Origin: Pyrinomonadaceae bacterium
Lineage (GTDB): Bacteria; Acidobacteriota; Blastocatellia; Pyrinomonadales; Pyrinomonadaceae
Length of the DNA stretch: 64,000 nucleotides
Assembly (NCBI GenBank): GCA_046313635.1
Contig: JBKBYA010000003.1
Span: 1 to 64,000, forward strand
Reading direction: 5' to 3'
In this document: in pieces, positions 18,136-28,812 of the stretch
Numbering within the stretch: the first letter of the stretch is position 1
How the letters are laid out: each line of letters begins with the position of its first letter
Made by a program: the position numbers and the translations under genes
The notes under the pieces: generated by a model
Told to the model about the DNA's origin: nothing
Database searches by the model: none
Seen by the model: only the letters and a program-made list of their open reading frames with translations

Positions 18136-18882
18136 TTACAGTACGGGCACAAACCTCTCGGCGACCTTTTGACGCAGCTCGCGGGCGAGGCGTTTGCGAT
18201 CGTTCACTCTGACGGGCTCGTCGCCAAAGTTAAGCACGGCCGTGTACTCGCGTACCGAGAAGAGCCGCAGCAGATGAGCGAGAAACGTCGTGTCGTCCCA
18301 CCAGCAAACGGCGTCGCTCGCCGGCATCTCGCCGTCGGGCGTCAGGTAGCTGATCGCGACGTACGAGACCGGCAGATCGGTCTCGGCCGCGAACTGCAGA
18401 AAAGATGAGTTGAATGGCAGGATCTCTTCGCCCTTGGTGCTCGTGCCTTCGGGAAAGACGATAACGCCCTGGCCCATCTTGAGCCGTTCGGTGATCAGCT
18501 CGCCCGCTCGCGGGATGTCGCGGCGATTTTGGCGGTCGATAAAGATGTTGCCCATATCGCGGACGAGCCGGCCGGCGAGCGGCCAATCTTCGATCTCTCG
18601 CTTGGCGACAAACACTCCGCGGACGACCGCCCGCAGAGCGCCGACGTCCACATAGCTGAGGTGATTTGAGACCAAAAAGAAAGGCGGTTTGGGCGGCTGA
18701 CCGACGATCTCGATCTTCATATTCGAGACCGCGACAAAGCTCTTGGCCCAAAGCGTAAAGACCGTCTCGCGCCAGTACTCTTTGTTTGGAACGACAAGAC
18801 GCCCGAGCCACCAGATCGAATACAGCCCGATCGTCGAGATAAAAAAGGCTGCAAATCGAAATAGAGATCGGAGGAGCTTCAT
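18136..18882 (-). CDS. 1-acyl-sn-glycerol-3-phosphate acyltransferase (PlsC-like)
   Basis: NHLSYVD, FIDR, FPEGT motifs. Confidence 0.9.
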   Translation of the reverse strand: MKLLRSLFRFAAFFISTIGLYSIWWLGRLVVPNKEYWRETVFTLWAKSFVAVSNMKIEIVGQPPKPPFFLVSNHLSYVDVGALRAVVRGVFVAKREIEDWPLAGRLVRDMGNIFIDRQNRRDIPRAGELITERLKMGQGVIVFPEGTSTKGEEILPFNSSFLQFAAETDLPVSYVAISYLTPDGEMPASDAVCWWDDTTFLAHLLRLFSVREYTAVLNFGDEPVRVNDRKRLARELRQKVAERFVPVL

Positions 18883-18897
18883 GAGGAAAGGTCGGAG

Positions 18898-19752
18898 CTA
18901 TTGCTGGTCGAGCTTTTTGAAATTGTATCGCAGTAAAAAGCGGTACGACAACGGTTTGCCCTGACGCTCGGCAGGACGCCAATTCATCTTCCGGACGGCG
19001 TCGAGCACCGATCCGTCGAGGCCGAAGCCGGCCCAGCGGACGACCTCGACCGACGAGATCCGGCCCCCGGCGTCGAGGTCGACCTGTACGTCCACCGTCG
19101 CGGCGACGCCGTAGAGATAAGCCTGGCGCGTGTATTCGGGCTTGATCCGACGGTAGGGCACGGGCTCTCGCAGCGTCGGATCGGGAGCGGCCGTACGCGG
19201 CGGCACCGAGGCGGGACGCAGAGGCTCGGCCGCCTCGGCCGCGATGGTCCTTTGCATATCGACGGCGACCTCGCCTGCCGCCTTTGCGACACGGCTACGA
19301 AGCCTCGCACGCGCGTCCGGCTCGGTGTCGGCCGTCTCGCTCTCGAGCCGCCAGCGGACGAGCCGGCCCGTCCGCGAGCTGACGACGAATATCGCTGCGT
19401 ACGCCTCGAAATGGTCCGCGCGCTCAAGTGAGGCGCGCCGGCTGCTGCCGGCCTGCACGAGAACGAAAATATCGCAGCCCATCACCGCGCCCGCCTGGCG
19501 TGCCTGCTCGGTCGTCATATTGAATGGGCCGTTGTCGAGAGCCTGCGAGGCAAAGGCGATCGAGGCGAGCGAGTCGTCGAGGACCCTGATCGGCGCGGCA
19601 AGCGAACCGGCGAGATCGTCACGAACGAGTTTGGCAAATCCGTCGGACGCCGGCGCGACCACCGCGACCCTCTGGCCGTACGCCGCGGCGGCCGCTGAGA
19701 CCGATACGGCGAGAAGGGCGGCGCTAATTCTTATAAAGCTTCTGGATCTCAT
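18898..19752 (-). CDS. Exported protein with C-terminal TonB domain
   Basis: N-terminal signal peptide; C-terminal PEYT...GV...V.V...G.I..V.VV...GFGLD...LDAVRKM.W.PA...GKP...Y.F. Confidence 0.75.
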   Translation of the reverse strand: MRSRSFIRISAALLAVSVSAAAAAYGQRVAVVAPASDGFAKLVRDDLAGSLAAPIRVLDDSLASIAFASQALDNGPFNMTTEQARQAGAVMGCDIFVLVQAGSSRRASLERADHFEAYAAIFVVSSRTGRLVRWRLESETADTEPDARARLRSRVAKAAGEVAVDMQRTIAAEAAEPLRPASVPPRTAAPDPTLREPVPYRRIKPEYTRQAYLYGVAATVDVQVDLDAGGRISSVEVVRWAGFGLDGSVLDAVRKMNWRPAERQGKPLSYRFLLRYNFKKLDQQ

Positions 19753-21004
19753 CGCGGACCTCGGCCGGGAAACAGATGCGGTGCACGCGGTAGCCCTCCT
19801 GCAGACCGCGGACGGCTGCGCTCACCTCTGAGATCTCGCGGACGCGCGGGCGCGAAAACCCGTCCTGCACAAAGATCAGATCTTTGGGCGACCCGCCGTT
19901 GCGTGTGTAGAACGAATACGGAGCTCCGCCGCCGGCGTCGTCAAAAAAGTAGTATTCGGGGTCAAAGCCCGCCGCCGCGACCGCACCTCTCGCGGCCTTG
20001 ATAAAGTCCGCTTTTTCCTCGTCCGGCATATCGAGATCGTAGGCCTTGAACAGTCGCCGGTTGAGAAATCGCCTTGCGAGATCGGCGAGCACGCCGTCCT
20101 CCGAGTGCTGCCATTGCTTGATGTAAAAGGTGACGTCCGAATCGTCGAGAGAGAGGTGCTGCTCGAGGCTGAGCGGCTCGCGCCGCAGGATGGCCTCCAT
20201 CGCCGAGTCGGGCCGGTACCAGAACGCGCCGCCCGAGCCGAAAACGTCCAGAGCCCGCCGCAGCAAGACCCGCAGCACCGCCTCGGCCGCCCGCAGAGTG
20301 CGGTGAAAATAGACCTGCCTGAACATATAATAGCGGGCCTGCAGATAGTCCTCGACGGCGTATATTCCCGGAGCGGAAACGTACAAGTGGCCCGCGTCCT
20401 CGTTGATCTCGATCGACTTGATGATCCATTCGAGATCGAAAATGCCGTACTTTGCGCCCGTCATCAGCGAGTCGCGGAGCAGATAGTCCATCCGATCGAC
20501 GTCGAGCTGCGACGAGACGATCTGTGCGAGTGCCACGTTTCGAAAGTCGCCGCGGATGATCGACGCGACGTCACCGCCGAGCCCGCTCGAGTACGAGGCG
20601 ATGATGCGGCCGATCTCGGTCTCGCGGCTCGTGACGGCCTCGATCGTAAATTCCTCGTGGTGAAACCCAAGGATCGATTCGATCACGTGCGAGAAGGCCC
20701 CGTGTCCGACGTCGTGCAGCAGGGCCGCAACGCGGACAGCGTTCCTCTCGGCAGGCGAAATGTCGTACTTGTCGCCCAAGCGGTCAAGGATCCGCGTCGC
20801 CAAGTGCAGAGCGCCGAGCGAGTGCGTGAACCGCGAGTGCTCAGCACCCTGATAAGCAAAGTGCGCGAGGCCGAGCTGCCTGACCCGCCGCAGACGCTGA
20901 AACTCGCGCGAGTCGATCAGCGCGACCAGCAGACGGCCCTCGTCGGTGTCGGTCTCGACACGAATGATGTTATGGACGGGATCGCGGTAAATTCTCTCGG
21001 GCAT
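19724..21004 (-). CDS. HD-domain phosphohydrolase (dNTP triphosphohydrolase-like, EF1143/YwfO type)
   Basis: RDPVH, FQRLRRVRQLG, HSRFTHSLG, LLHDVGHGAFSH, DVDRMDYLLRDS; likely ATG at 21004. Confidence 0.9.
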   Translation of the reverse strand: MPERIYRDPVHNIIRVETDTDEGRLLVALIDSREFQRLRRVRQLGLAHFAYQGAEHSRFTHSLGALHLATRILDRLGDKYDISPAERNAVRVAALLHDVGHGAFSHVIESILGFHHEEFTIEAVTSRETEIGRIIASYSSGLGGDVASIIRGDFRNVALAQIVSSQLDVDRMDYLLRDSLMTGAKYGIFDLEWIIKSIEINEDAGHLYVSAPGIYAVEDYLQARYYMFRQVYFHRTLRAAEAVLRVLLRRALDVFGSGGAFWYRPDSAMEAILRREPLSLEQHLSLDDSDVTFYIKQWQHSEDGVLADLARRFLNRRLFKAYDLDMPDEEKADFIKAARGAVAAAGFDPEYYFFDDAGGGAPYSFYTRNGGSPKDLIFVQDGFSRPRVREISEVSAAVRGLQEGYRVHRICFPAEVRDEIQKLYKN

Positions 21005-21262
21005 CTTTGATAAGCCGGGCGGTGTCTGAGCTAAGTTCAAAGAATACAAGAGTTGTCGCGGGGCAACAATCATTGACCGACCGGTCGACGAGCTTTTTTC
21101 ACGACGTTAGTCCCCCTCGATTCAATTAATTGTAGAAAATACAAAATCTCGGAAAGCAGGTCTCCCAAGGCCATTCAGAGAGCGGCGTCCGGCATGGTTT
21201 GCCGCGTGCTAAATCGACTCGGTTCATAGAGTTACCGTTGCCGGCCGGGCCGGTGTGCCCAC

Positions 21263-21277
21263 TGGCTTTCAAGTTGC
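21263..21277 (+). promoter_or_regulatory. Candidate sigma-54 -24/-12 promoter for the Oar-like receptor
   Basis: TGGC-TTTCAAG-TTGC, with the 10-nt GG...GC spacing. Confidence 0.4.
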
Positions 21278-21293
21278 CTAAAATCTGCGAAAC

Positions 21294-21331
21294 GTCCACT
21301 CAATGGACAATCTTGTCAATGGACGATCTTG
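21294..21331. repeat. 16-bp tandem direct repeat overlapping a GTCCA-N5-TGGAC palindrome (operator-like)
   Basis: TCAATGGACAATCTTG (21300-21315) and TCAATGGACGATCTTG (21316-21331). Confidence 0.75.
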
Positions 21332-21378
21332 CCATTTTCAGGCTATGGCCTGAATTAGAATTAATTAAGGAGCGAAAG

Positions 21379-24300
21379 ATGAAAACAAATTTCAGATTTG
21401 TGATCACGATGTTGTCGCTCGTGCTCTGTTTCAGTGCTGTTGCATTCGGACAGAGGACGACCGGTGATATCGAAGGTACCATCACGGACCCGCAAGGCGC
21501 CGTTGTACCGAATGTAACGGTCACGATCGTCAGTGCCCAATCGGCCGGCGCAGGCAGCGAAGCCAACGTCACGACCGGTTTTAGGCGCACTGTTACAACG
21601 GACAGCAACGGGTTCTTCCGTGTACAGCAGGTGCCCCCGGGCAGCTACCTGGTCACGACGGCCCCGATCTCCGGTTTCGGCGAAGGCCGTTTGCCGAATG
21701 TCCGCGTTTCGGTCGATACGACCACGCGAGCCGACATCCAGCTGTCAGTGGCAGGTACTGTCGGAACAGTCAACGTTTCAGCAGACGATGCTCCGCCCAT
21801 CGATGTAGGCGGCACCAAGGTTCAGACAAACATCACTTCGCAGCGTATCGAACTGCTGCCGAAGGGCGTCGACTTTACGAGCGTCCTGAGAACGGTTCCG
21901 GGCGTGCGTCCGGAGAGTCTCGCCGGCGGCTTCTCGATCGATGGAGCTTCCGGTTCGGAAAATACGTTCTACATCGACGGTCAGGAGGTCACCAACTTCC
22001 GCACCGGTACGCTGAACGGCAATAACGCCATTCCGACGCAGTTCGTCCAGGAAGTGCAGGTCAAGTCGAGCGGCTTCGAAGCCGAGTTCGGCGGTGCTAC
22101 GGGCGGTGTTGTCAGCGTCGTCACCAAGGGCGGAAGCAATGATTTTCACGGTGAATTCGGTGTCGCGTTCAACACGCAGAAGCTTAATGGCGGACCCCGC
22201 CCGAGCTTGTTCCGCTTCACCAACGGTTCGGGCGCTTCGTTCGTGCAGCGGGCGGAGTACATCAAGCCGCCGAAGGCCGGTGGTACTGATTTCTTCCCGA
22301 CCGCAAACATGAGCGGTCCGATCGTCAAGAACAAACTGTGGTTCTTTGGCAGCTACACGCCTCAGATCTTTACCCAGGATGTCACGACGGACTTTTATAC
22401 GAACGCGTCGGCGACCCAGCTCGGCACGGCGGCCCCGAGGGCATATCGGTTCTCGCAGAATTACAAGGCCACGACCCGGTACGAGTACGCATTTTTGCGG
22501 CTCGACGCTCAGCCGACGCAGACGCTTCGCTTGACGGGAAGCTTCCTTTGGAATCCGCTCATCCAGGATGGCGTGATCCCGTTCGGTACCGTCAGCCTGG
22601 GCGGCGTTGAGGCCGCGATCCAGGAGAACGGTCAGATCTGCACCTCCTCGTCGACCAACTGTCTGCGCGGTGCTGATCTCTACAGCCGGCAGGGCGGCCG
22701 TCAGACGGCCAACAACGTCCGGTTTGAGGCCGCTTGGACCCCGACGAGCAAGTTCGTCGCTACGGGACGCTACTCGCGCGGCTTCCTTAATCAGAAGCTC
22801 GGCAACTACACGCCGTTCCTCGCGACCAGCTATCGCTGCATCGTCGGCGGCAGCTACTGCCCGACCGGCGAGTCAGATCCGTCACCGTCGGTCACCGACT
22901 ATGACGTTTCGGTCAGAACGAATATCGAAGGCGACGCAACGTACTTCGCGACGATCGCCGGTGTCCGCAACGAGATCAAGGGCGGCTACCAGTGGTTCAG
23001 GATCAGGAACGACGTTAACGCCGGTTACATCAACCGCGGAATCATCCGCATCTGGATGGGCTATACCATTCAGGACATCGGTGCCTCGTCAACCCCGGAC
23101 CCGAACGCGATCGGTGCCGGCGAGCTCATCCGTTTCGGAACTCGTGGAAGCGGTGAGAACACCAACCAGTCGCTGTACATTCAGGACAGGCTTCAGTTCG
23201 GCAGCCGCGTCACGTTCAACGTTGGCGTCCGCGCCGAGAAGGAAGACCTTCCGTCATTCAACAATCTTGCTCCGCCGATCAATTTCGGTCTCGGTGACAA
23301 GATCGCTCCGCGTCTCGGAGTCTCGATCGGTCTGAACAAGTCGGGCACGGCCAAGGCATGGGCCAGCTACGGCAAGTTCTATGACCGGCTGAAGTTCGAG
23401 CTCCCGCGTGGTTCGTTCGGCGGCGATTTCTACCGCTGGGACTACTTCGAGATCTTCCCGACCAGCCCGAACTGGCGCACCTTCACGATCCCGCAGATCA
23501 TCGGATCGTGGAACGATGCTCCGGGCGGACGTTGCCCGAACACCGGCTTCATCGCACCGGGCGCACTGAGCCGCTGCCAGTTTGACTATCGCATCGCGTC
23601 GAACGACCCGAATGCGACCATCTACACCGGCGCTGTCGACCCGAACCTGAAGCCGTTCCAGCAGGACGAGGTCACTGTCGGTTATCAGCAGCAGTTCTTC
23701 CGGAACTACGTTTTCGGAGCCCGTTTCACCTGGAAGGATGTTAAGTGGGCGATCGAGGACGCGGGCATTTTGACGCCGGAGTTCAGCGAAGCTTACATCA
23801 TCGGCAACCCGGGATCGGGCCTCCACGCTCAGGTCCTCAGACAGCTCGGTTACACCAAGTCGGTTGAGCCGCAGCGTAACTACAAGGCGTTTGAGCTCTC
23901 GCTTGATCGTCGCTTGGCCAACAACTTCTACTTCAACGTTAACTACACGTGGAGCCGGTTGTTTGGCAACTATTCGGGTCTCGCAAGCTCGGACGAGAAC
24001 GGCCGTACAAGCCCGGGCGTTAACCGCTTCTTCGACTTGCCGTACATCGGCTTTACCTACAAGGGTCAGCCGGACAACGGCCTGTTGGCGACGGATCGCA
24101 CGCACGTGGTCAATTCGTACGGTGCTTACACGTTCGATTGGCTCGGCAGCAAGACCAACTCGACCGACTTCGGCTATTTCACGACCTTCCAGTCGGGAAC
24201 GCCGCAGACCACACTCGTTTCGTTCCACTCCAGCGGTACACCGATCCCGCTGAATGGACGCGGCGATATGGGACGCACGCCGATGTTCACGCAGACGGAC

Positions 24301-24618
24301 GTCAACGTCTCGCACAAGTACCGTTTCGGTCGGGACAACCGGTTCACGCTGGCCGGCGACCTGAACATCATCAACCTCTTCAACGAGGCCAATGTCACGA
24401 GCCGGTTCACGACGCTCTCCGCGGTCGCGGTTACCGAGGCGGCTCTGGGCTTCAGCAACCCGGTTGCGGCAACCAACGCCCTGACCTCGGGTCAGCTGTA
24501 TAACGCGGTCCAGACGTACCTCAACGGTGCTCCGAACCGTAAGGACGGTCGATACGGGCTTTCGAACGGATACCAAGGACCACGGTCCGTCCGCTTCGGA
24601 TTCCGACTCCTGTTCTAA
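21379..24618 (+). CDS. Oar-like TonB-dependent outer-membrane receptor
   Basis: ATG after AAGGAG; signal peptide, carboxypeptidase-regulatory-like N-domain (GTITDPQGAVVP), plug (EVQVKSSGFEAEFGGATGGVV), C-terminal RFGFRLLF. Confidence 0.93.
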   Translation: MKTNFRFVITMLSLVLCFSAVAFGQRTTGDIEGTITDPQGAVVPNVTVTIVSAQSAGAGSEANVTTGFRRTVTTDSNGFFRVQQVPPGSYLVTTAPISGFGEGRLPNVRVSVDTTTRADIQLSVAGTVGTVNVSADDAPPIDVGGTKVQTNITSQRIELLPKGVDFTSVLRTVPGVRPESLAGGFSIDGASGSENTFYIDGQEVTNFRTGTLNGNNAIPTQFVQEVQVKSSGFEAEFGGATGGVVSVVTKGGSNDFHGEFGVAFNTQKLNGGPRPSLFRFTNGSGASFVQRAEYIKPPKAGGTDFFPTANMSGPIVKNKLWFFGSYTPQIFTQDVTTDFYTNASATQLGTAAPRAYRFSQNYKATTRYEYAFLRLDAQPTQTLRLTGSFLWNPLIQDGVIPFGTVSLGGVEAAIQENGQICTSSSTNCLRGADLYSRQGGRQTANNVRFEAAWTPTSKFVATGRYSRGFLNQKLGNYTPFLATSYRCIVGGSYCPTGESDPSPSVTDYDVSVRTNIEGDATYFATIAGVRNEIKGGYQWFRIRNDVNAGYINRGIIRIWMGYTIQDIGASSTPDPNAIGAGELIRFGTRGSGENTNQSLYIQDRLQFGSRVTFNVGVRAEKEDLPSFNNLAPPINFGLGDKIAPRLGVSIGLNKSGTAKAWASYGKFYDRLKFELPRGSFGGDFYRWDYFEIFPTSPNWRTFTIPQIIGSWNDAPGGRCPNTGFIAPGALSRCQFDYRIASNDPNATIYTGAVDPNLKPFQQDEVTVGYQQQFFRNYVFGARFTWKDVKWAIEDAGILTPEFSEAYIIGNPGSGLHAQVLRQLGYTKSVEPQRNYKAFELSLDRRLANNFYFNVNYTWSRLFGNYSGLASSDENGRTSPGVNRFFDLPYIGFTYKGQPDNGLLATDRTHVVNSYGAYTFDWLGSKTNSTDFGYFTTFQSGTPQTTLVSFHSSGTPIPLNGRGDMGRTPMFTQTDVNVSHKYRFGRDNRFTLAGDLNIINLFNEANVTSRFTTLSAVAVTEAALGFSNPVAATNALTSGQLYNAVQTYLNGAPNRKDGRYGLSNGYQGPRSVRFGFRLLF

Positions 24619-24646
24619 TTGATTCTCAAGAGTATTGAGAATTTGG

Positions 24647-24676
24647 CTCGCCCGGCTTCGGCCGGGCGAGTTTTTT
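24647..24676 (+). terminator. Rho-independent terminator
   Basis: CTCGCCCGGC-TTCG-GCCGGGCGAG-TTTTTT. Confidence 0.92.
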
Positions 24677-25012
24677 GTTTGAAGTCCCGGCCGCGCCGTC
24701 AGGGCGAGAGTCGGCCGCTGCGATCGACCTTTGAGAGAAATGCCCGAGACCGCAACCGAAACGGGCCGGAAGCCGTCTTCCACGGGCTTTAGGCGCGCAA
24801 TATTCCGTCGAGGGTCAAAGCAAGCGGCTGTCGAAAGAAGGGGCCGTGCTGGCTGCGGCGGCGAAGGATGCGATCCGACAAGCCGGAGCGGTGACGTCTC
24901 GCTTGCTGTCCGGACCGCAAGCAGCGGACGCAGCAGGTCGCGGCCTACGGTGCCGACACACGAGCGCTCAGCTGAAAATGGCTTTTACCGATCTGCGGGT
25001 CGGGCTGCGTAC

Positions 25013-26047
25013 CTAGGTCGTGGCTCGCGACTTTTCTCGCAGCTTAGTGATCAGTTTTTTCACGCTGTCGACCTTTGCCGTACTCGGAGCGACCTTTAGG
25101 TAGCTCTCCAATTCGTCCGCCGCTTCTTTGTATTTGTGAAGGTCGTTCGCATACAGCAGCGCAAGGTTCCAGTGGACATCGGCCGATTGCCCGTTGGCGA
25201 GTTTCTTTGCGCTCAGGAGAGTTTTTTCAGCATCTGGAAAACGCTTTGCCCGCCGCTGCGAGATGCCCAAGATTATCAGTGCGTCGATCGATCTGGGCTC
25301 GAGGGCGACGGCCTTCTCTGCCGCCAGAATGGCGATCTCAGGTTCCTTTAGGGCATAAGCCGCAAAGCTTAGGCCGTACCAGCCCGCGAAATTTCGTTCG
25401 TTAACTGAGACAAGCTTTAGGTAGACGGCACGGGCGTATTCGTAATTCTCTTTCAGCACATACTCGCGACCGAGCCGTTCGAGAGCGGCATGGTACTCCG
25501 GAAAGATCTTTACCGCAGCCAGAAGCGACTCGATCCCTGCGTCCGTGCGGTTGGCCCCGAGCTCCTCGAGCCCCTTGTCGTACAGCCGTTTCGCCTCTGG
25601 CGGCACGTCCTGCGCGTAGACGGTCGCGTTTATCTGTCTGATTCCCACGCCCGTCTTGCGAACCCGGAGTGTAAAGTCCTTGTACGCACTGTCTGATGTC
25701 GGGCCGCTGCCGCGAGCTATGTTGATTATCTCGACCTCACCTGTCTGCTCTTCAAAATTGGTGCCGAAGGGAAGTACTTTGATCGTAAATCGCCCTGACG
25801 ACAGTCCCCCGAAGAAGTACCTTCCGGAACCGTCGGTGCGGGTCCTCTGCAGGATCTGCCCGACCTCGTTCGAGAGCTCGATATCGACGTGGGCGACAGG
25901 CAATCGCTCGGGCCCCCAGACAAATCCGCTGATCGTATTTCGGTAAGACTGCTGCGCGAGCGAGAGAGGGGCGAAAGAAAGGAAGATGATCGGAAGTAGG
26001 AGCAGGTGGCCGAAGGCTTTTGCAACGATTGAGCGATTACGTTTCAT
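25013..26047 (-). CDS. Exported protein: carboxypeptidase-regulatory-like domain + TPR repeats
   Basis: Likely ATG at 26047 with signal peptide; RTDGSGRYFF, then helical TPR-like repeats. Confidence 0.8.
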   Translation of the reverse strand: MKRNRSIVAKAFGHLLLLPIIFLSFAPLSLAQQSYRNTISGFVWGPERLPVAHVDIELSNEVGQILQRTRTDGSGRYFFGGLSSGRFTIKVLPFGTNFEEQTGEVEIINIARGSGPTSDSAYKDFTLRVRKTGVGIRQINATVYAQDVPPEAKRLYDKGLEELGANRTDAGIESLLAAVKIFPEYHAALERLGREYVLKENYEYARAVYLKLVSVNERNFAGWYGLSFAAYALKEPEIAILAAEKAVALEPRSIDALIILGISQRRAKRFPDAEKTLLSAKKLANGQSADVHWNLALLYANDLHKYKEAADELESYLKVAPSTAKVDSVKKLITKLREKSRATT

Positions 26048-26087
26048 TTCTATCACCTCGCTGACCAATGTGAATGCCGGCCGCCGT

Positions 26088-26741
26088 CTAATCACCAAAA
26101 TCGAGAAGGTGCCCTAGCTTTTCCTTCTTCACTTTCAAATAGTGAGCAGCCGGATCCTTGGTCTGTATTTCGATCGGAATGCGCTCGACGACGGTCAGAC
26201 CGGCTCGTTCGAGTGCCCTGAGCTTTTCGGGATTGTTTGACATTACGCGGATCTTGCACAGTCCGAGGTCGAAGAGTATCTCGGCGCACTGCTGGTATTC
26301 ACGGGCGTCGACGGCAAATCCGAGCCTTTCATTGGCCTCGACGGTATCGGCTCCTTCGTCCTGCAGCGCGTAGGCCCTGATCTTGTTGATGATGCCGATG
26401 CCGCGGCCTTCCTGCTGCTGGTACACGATCGCCCCGCGGCCCTCGGCCTCGATCATCTCCATCGCCTTATGAAGCTGCGGGCCGCAGTCGCACTTGATCG
26501 ACCCAAAGACGTCGCCCGTCAGGCATTGCGAATGGATCCTGACCAGTGTCGGGACGTCGGCCTCCATCCGGCCCTTGTACAGCACGACAAATTCCTCGTC
26601 GCTGATGAGCGAACGGTAGCCGGCGATGAAAAAATCGCCCGTCGCCGTGGGCAATTTTGCCGTCGCGACGTGCTCAACTGTCTTTGCCCTCTCCTCCCAG
26701 GGGCAGTCATTGGTAACTTCGGCCAAGGCTTGTGAATTCAC
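26088..26741 (-). CDS. ribA: GTP cyclohydrolase II
   Basis: [33 protein letters not shown]. Confidence 0.96.
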   Translation of the reverse strand: MNSQALAEVTNDCPWEERAKTVEHVATAKLPTATGDFFIAGYRSLISDEEFVVLYKGRMEADVPTLVRIHSQCLTGDVFGSIKCDCGPQLHKAMEMIEAEGRGAIVYQQQEGRGIGIINKIRAYALQDEGADTVEANERLGFAVDAREYQQCAEILFDLGLCKIRVMSNNPEKLRALERAGLTVVERIPIEIQTKDPAAHYLKVKKEKLGHLLDFGD

Positions 26742-26942
26742 CTAAGTTTACTCCACTCTATGAACTAATTGTAACTCTACCGGGCGGCGATCCGAACTAA
26801 CAATTTCGGTCGCCGCTGCGCATCGGTTTCACACAGCGGCCATCAGACAGTAGCTGGTTACGCGAGGCTTAGATGCACGAGGCCCGCGGCCCGATAGCAC
26901 CGGCCTCGGACAAAGATGGAGATCTTTTATCTCGTGAGGGTT

Positions 26943-28808
26943 CTATCCGACCGTCGGTTTGATCTCGGGCCCCGACAGTGTGGCGCCTGAGTAGGAGGTG
27001 TGGATCTTCTCGTCGGAATACTGCAGCTGGTAGAGCCGCCAGTACAGTCCGCGGACGCCAAGCAGCTCGTTGTGCGTGCCGGCCTCGCGGAGTTCGCCGT
27101 GGTGAAAGACCATGATCCGGTCGCACTTCTGAATGGTCGACAGACGGTGCGCGACGACGAGCGAGGTGCGCGACTCCATCACGCGTTCGACGGCCTGCTG
27201 GATGAGCTGCTCGGTCTCGGTGTCGATCGAGCTCGTCGCCTCGTCGAGGATCAGGATCTTTGGATCAAAGGCGAGCGCGCGGGCAAAAGAGATCAGCTGC
27301 TTTTGCCCGACCGAGAGGCCGGCGCCGCGCTCGCGGACCTGCGCGCGGTAGCCGCCGTCGAGCTTTTGGATAAACTCGTCGGCGCGGACCTCTCGGGCGG
27401 CCCAGCGAATGGTCTCGTCGTCGATATTCTTGTTGCCGAGACGTATGTTGTTCTCGAGCGTGCCGCTGAAGAGAAACACGTCCTGCAGCACGACCGCAAA
27501 ATTCGATCTCAGGTCGTGCAGGTCCCATTCGCGCACATCGACGCCGTCAACCAGGACCTGCCCCTGCTGCACGTCGTAGAAGCGCATCAGCAGATTGGTC
27601 ACCGTCGTCTTGCCCGAGCCCGTGTGCCCGACGAGCGCGACACTCTCGCCGGCGTCGATGCGGAACGAGACGTCCTTGAGCACCCATTCGTTATCTTTGT
27701 AGGCAAACCAGACATTGCGAAATTCGATATCACCGACAACCTTGCCGCGCCGTTTCGGGTCTGCGGGCGTCGTGACCTCGACCTCGCGGTCGAGAAGGAT
27801 AAAGATCCGGTGCGAGGCGACGATCGCCGCCTGCAGCACGTTGAACTTGTCCGAAAGGTCGCGGATCGGCTGAAAGAGCTGGAGCGAGTATTGAATGAAC
27901 GACGCGAGAATGCCGACGGTCAACGCCTGGCCCGTCGCCGTCCAGCCGCTCAGGTACTCGTATCCGAATGCGAAGATCACTACCGCGATGCCGACCGCGC
28001 CGATAAAGTCGACGAGCGGGTAAAAGATCGCATAGTAGTAGATGGTCTCGATGTTGGCCCGCCGATAGTCGTCGTTGATCTCGCGGAAGCGCCGCATCGC
28101 CTTGCGCTCGGCGTTAAAGAGCTGCACGGTCTGAGCGCCCGAAATGTACTCCTGCAGAAATGCGTTGAGCTTTGCGTTGCGCGTCCGCACCTTGTCAAAG
28201 CCGACGCGGGCGTGCTTGCGAAACCAGTTGGTCGCCGCAAACAGCAGCGGCACGGTGATCAGCGACACGATCGCAAGCCGCCAGTCCAGCCAGAACATCA
28301 TCCCGACGATGGCAAAGATGATGACCAGATCGCCGAGCACGTCGATCACGCCCGAGGTAAAAAGCTCGTTGAGCGCGTCGACGTCCGATGTGAGACGGGT
28401 CATTATCCGGCCGACCGGATAGCGGTCAAAGTACGCGACCTCCTGCCGCTGCAGCTTGGTAAAAAGCTCGGTCCGAAGGTCGAACATCACCTTTTGACCG
28501 ACGTTGTTGAGCAGGATCTCCTGCACGTACGAAAAGATGAATCGGAACAAAAAGACGCCAAAGAATGCGAGCGCAAAGAGCCATATCCCGTCCGTGCGCT
28601 TCGGCGTGATAAAGTCGTCGACCGCGACCTTTGTAAAGTACGGCTGCGTCGAGATGAGGATATTGGTCAGCAGCGTCAGGACCAGCGCGCCGGCGGCGAG
28701 CGGCCAGTACGGCTTGAGGTATCGAAGCAGGCGCCGGGTCACACGGAGGTCGTAGGTCTTACCGATCTCCTCCTCTTCGTGATATTTGCGGACGGCTTCG
28801 TTGGACAC
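26943..28808 (-). CDS. ABC exporter, fused TMD + NBD (MdlB/MsbA-like)
   Basis: TM domain; [30 protein letters not shown]; probable GTG at 28808 because the upstream ORF extension runs through a repeat arm. Confidence 0.93.
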   Translation of the reverse strand: MSNEAVRKYHEEEEIGKTYDLRVTRRLLRYLKPYWPLAAGALVLTLLTNILISTQPYFTKVAVDDFITPKRTDGIWLFALAFFGVFLFRFIFSYVQEILLNNVGQKVMFDLRTELFTKLQRQEVAYFDRYPVGRIMTRLTSDVDALNELFTSGVIDVLGDLVIIFAIVGMMFWLDWRLAIVSLITVPLLFAATNWFRKHARVGFDKVRTRNAKLNAFLQEYISGAQTVQLFNAERKAMRRFREINDDYRRANIETIYYYAIFYPLVDFIGAVGIAVVIFAFGYEYLSGWTATGQALTVGILASFIQYSLQLFQPIRDLSDKFNVLQAAIVASHRIFILLDREVEVTTPADPKRRGKVVGDIEFRNVWFAYKDNEWVLKDVSFRIDAGESVALVGHTGSGKTTVTNLLMRFYDVQQGQVLVDGVDVREWDLHDLRSNFAVVLQDVFLFSGTLENNIRLGNKNIDDETIRWAAREVRADEFIQKLDGGYRAQVRERGAGLSVGQKQLISFARALAFDPKILILDEATSSIDTETEQLIQQAVERVMESRTSLVVAHRLSTIQKCDRIMVFHHGELREAGTHNELLGVRGLYWRLYQLQYSDEKIHTSYSGATLSGPEIKPTVG

Positions 28809-28812
28809 GTGT

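Noticed and set aside
24680..25012. ~330-nt spacer and 122-aa ORF (24731-25099)
   Set aside because: Low-complexity translation downstream of a strong terminator, with no motif or recognisable RNA structure.
26742..26942. FMN riboswitch upstream of ribA
   Set aside because: No FMN consensus found on the minus strand; only a simple GCGGCGA..CCGAA/TTCGG.TCGCCGC hairpin.
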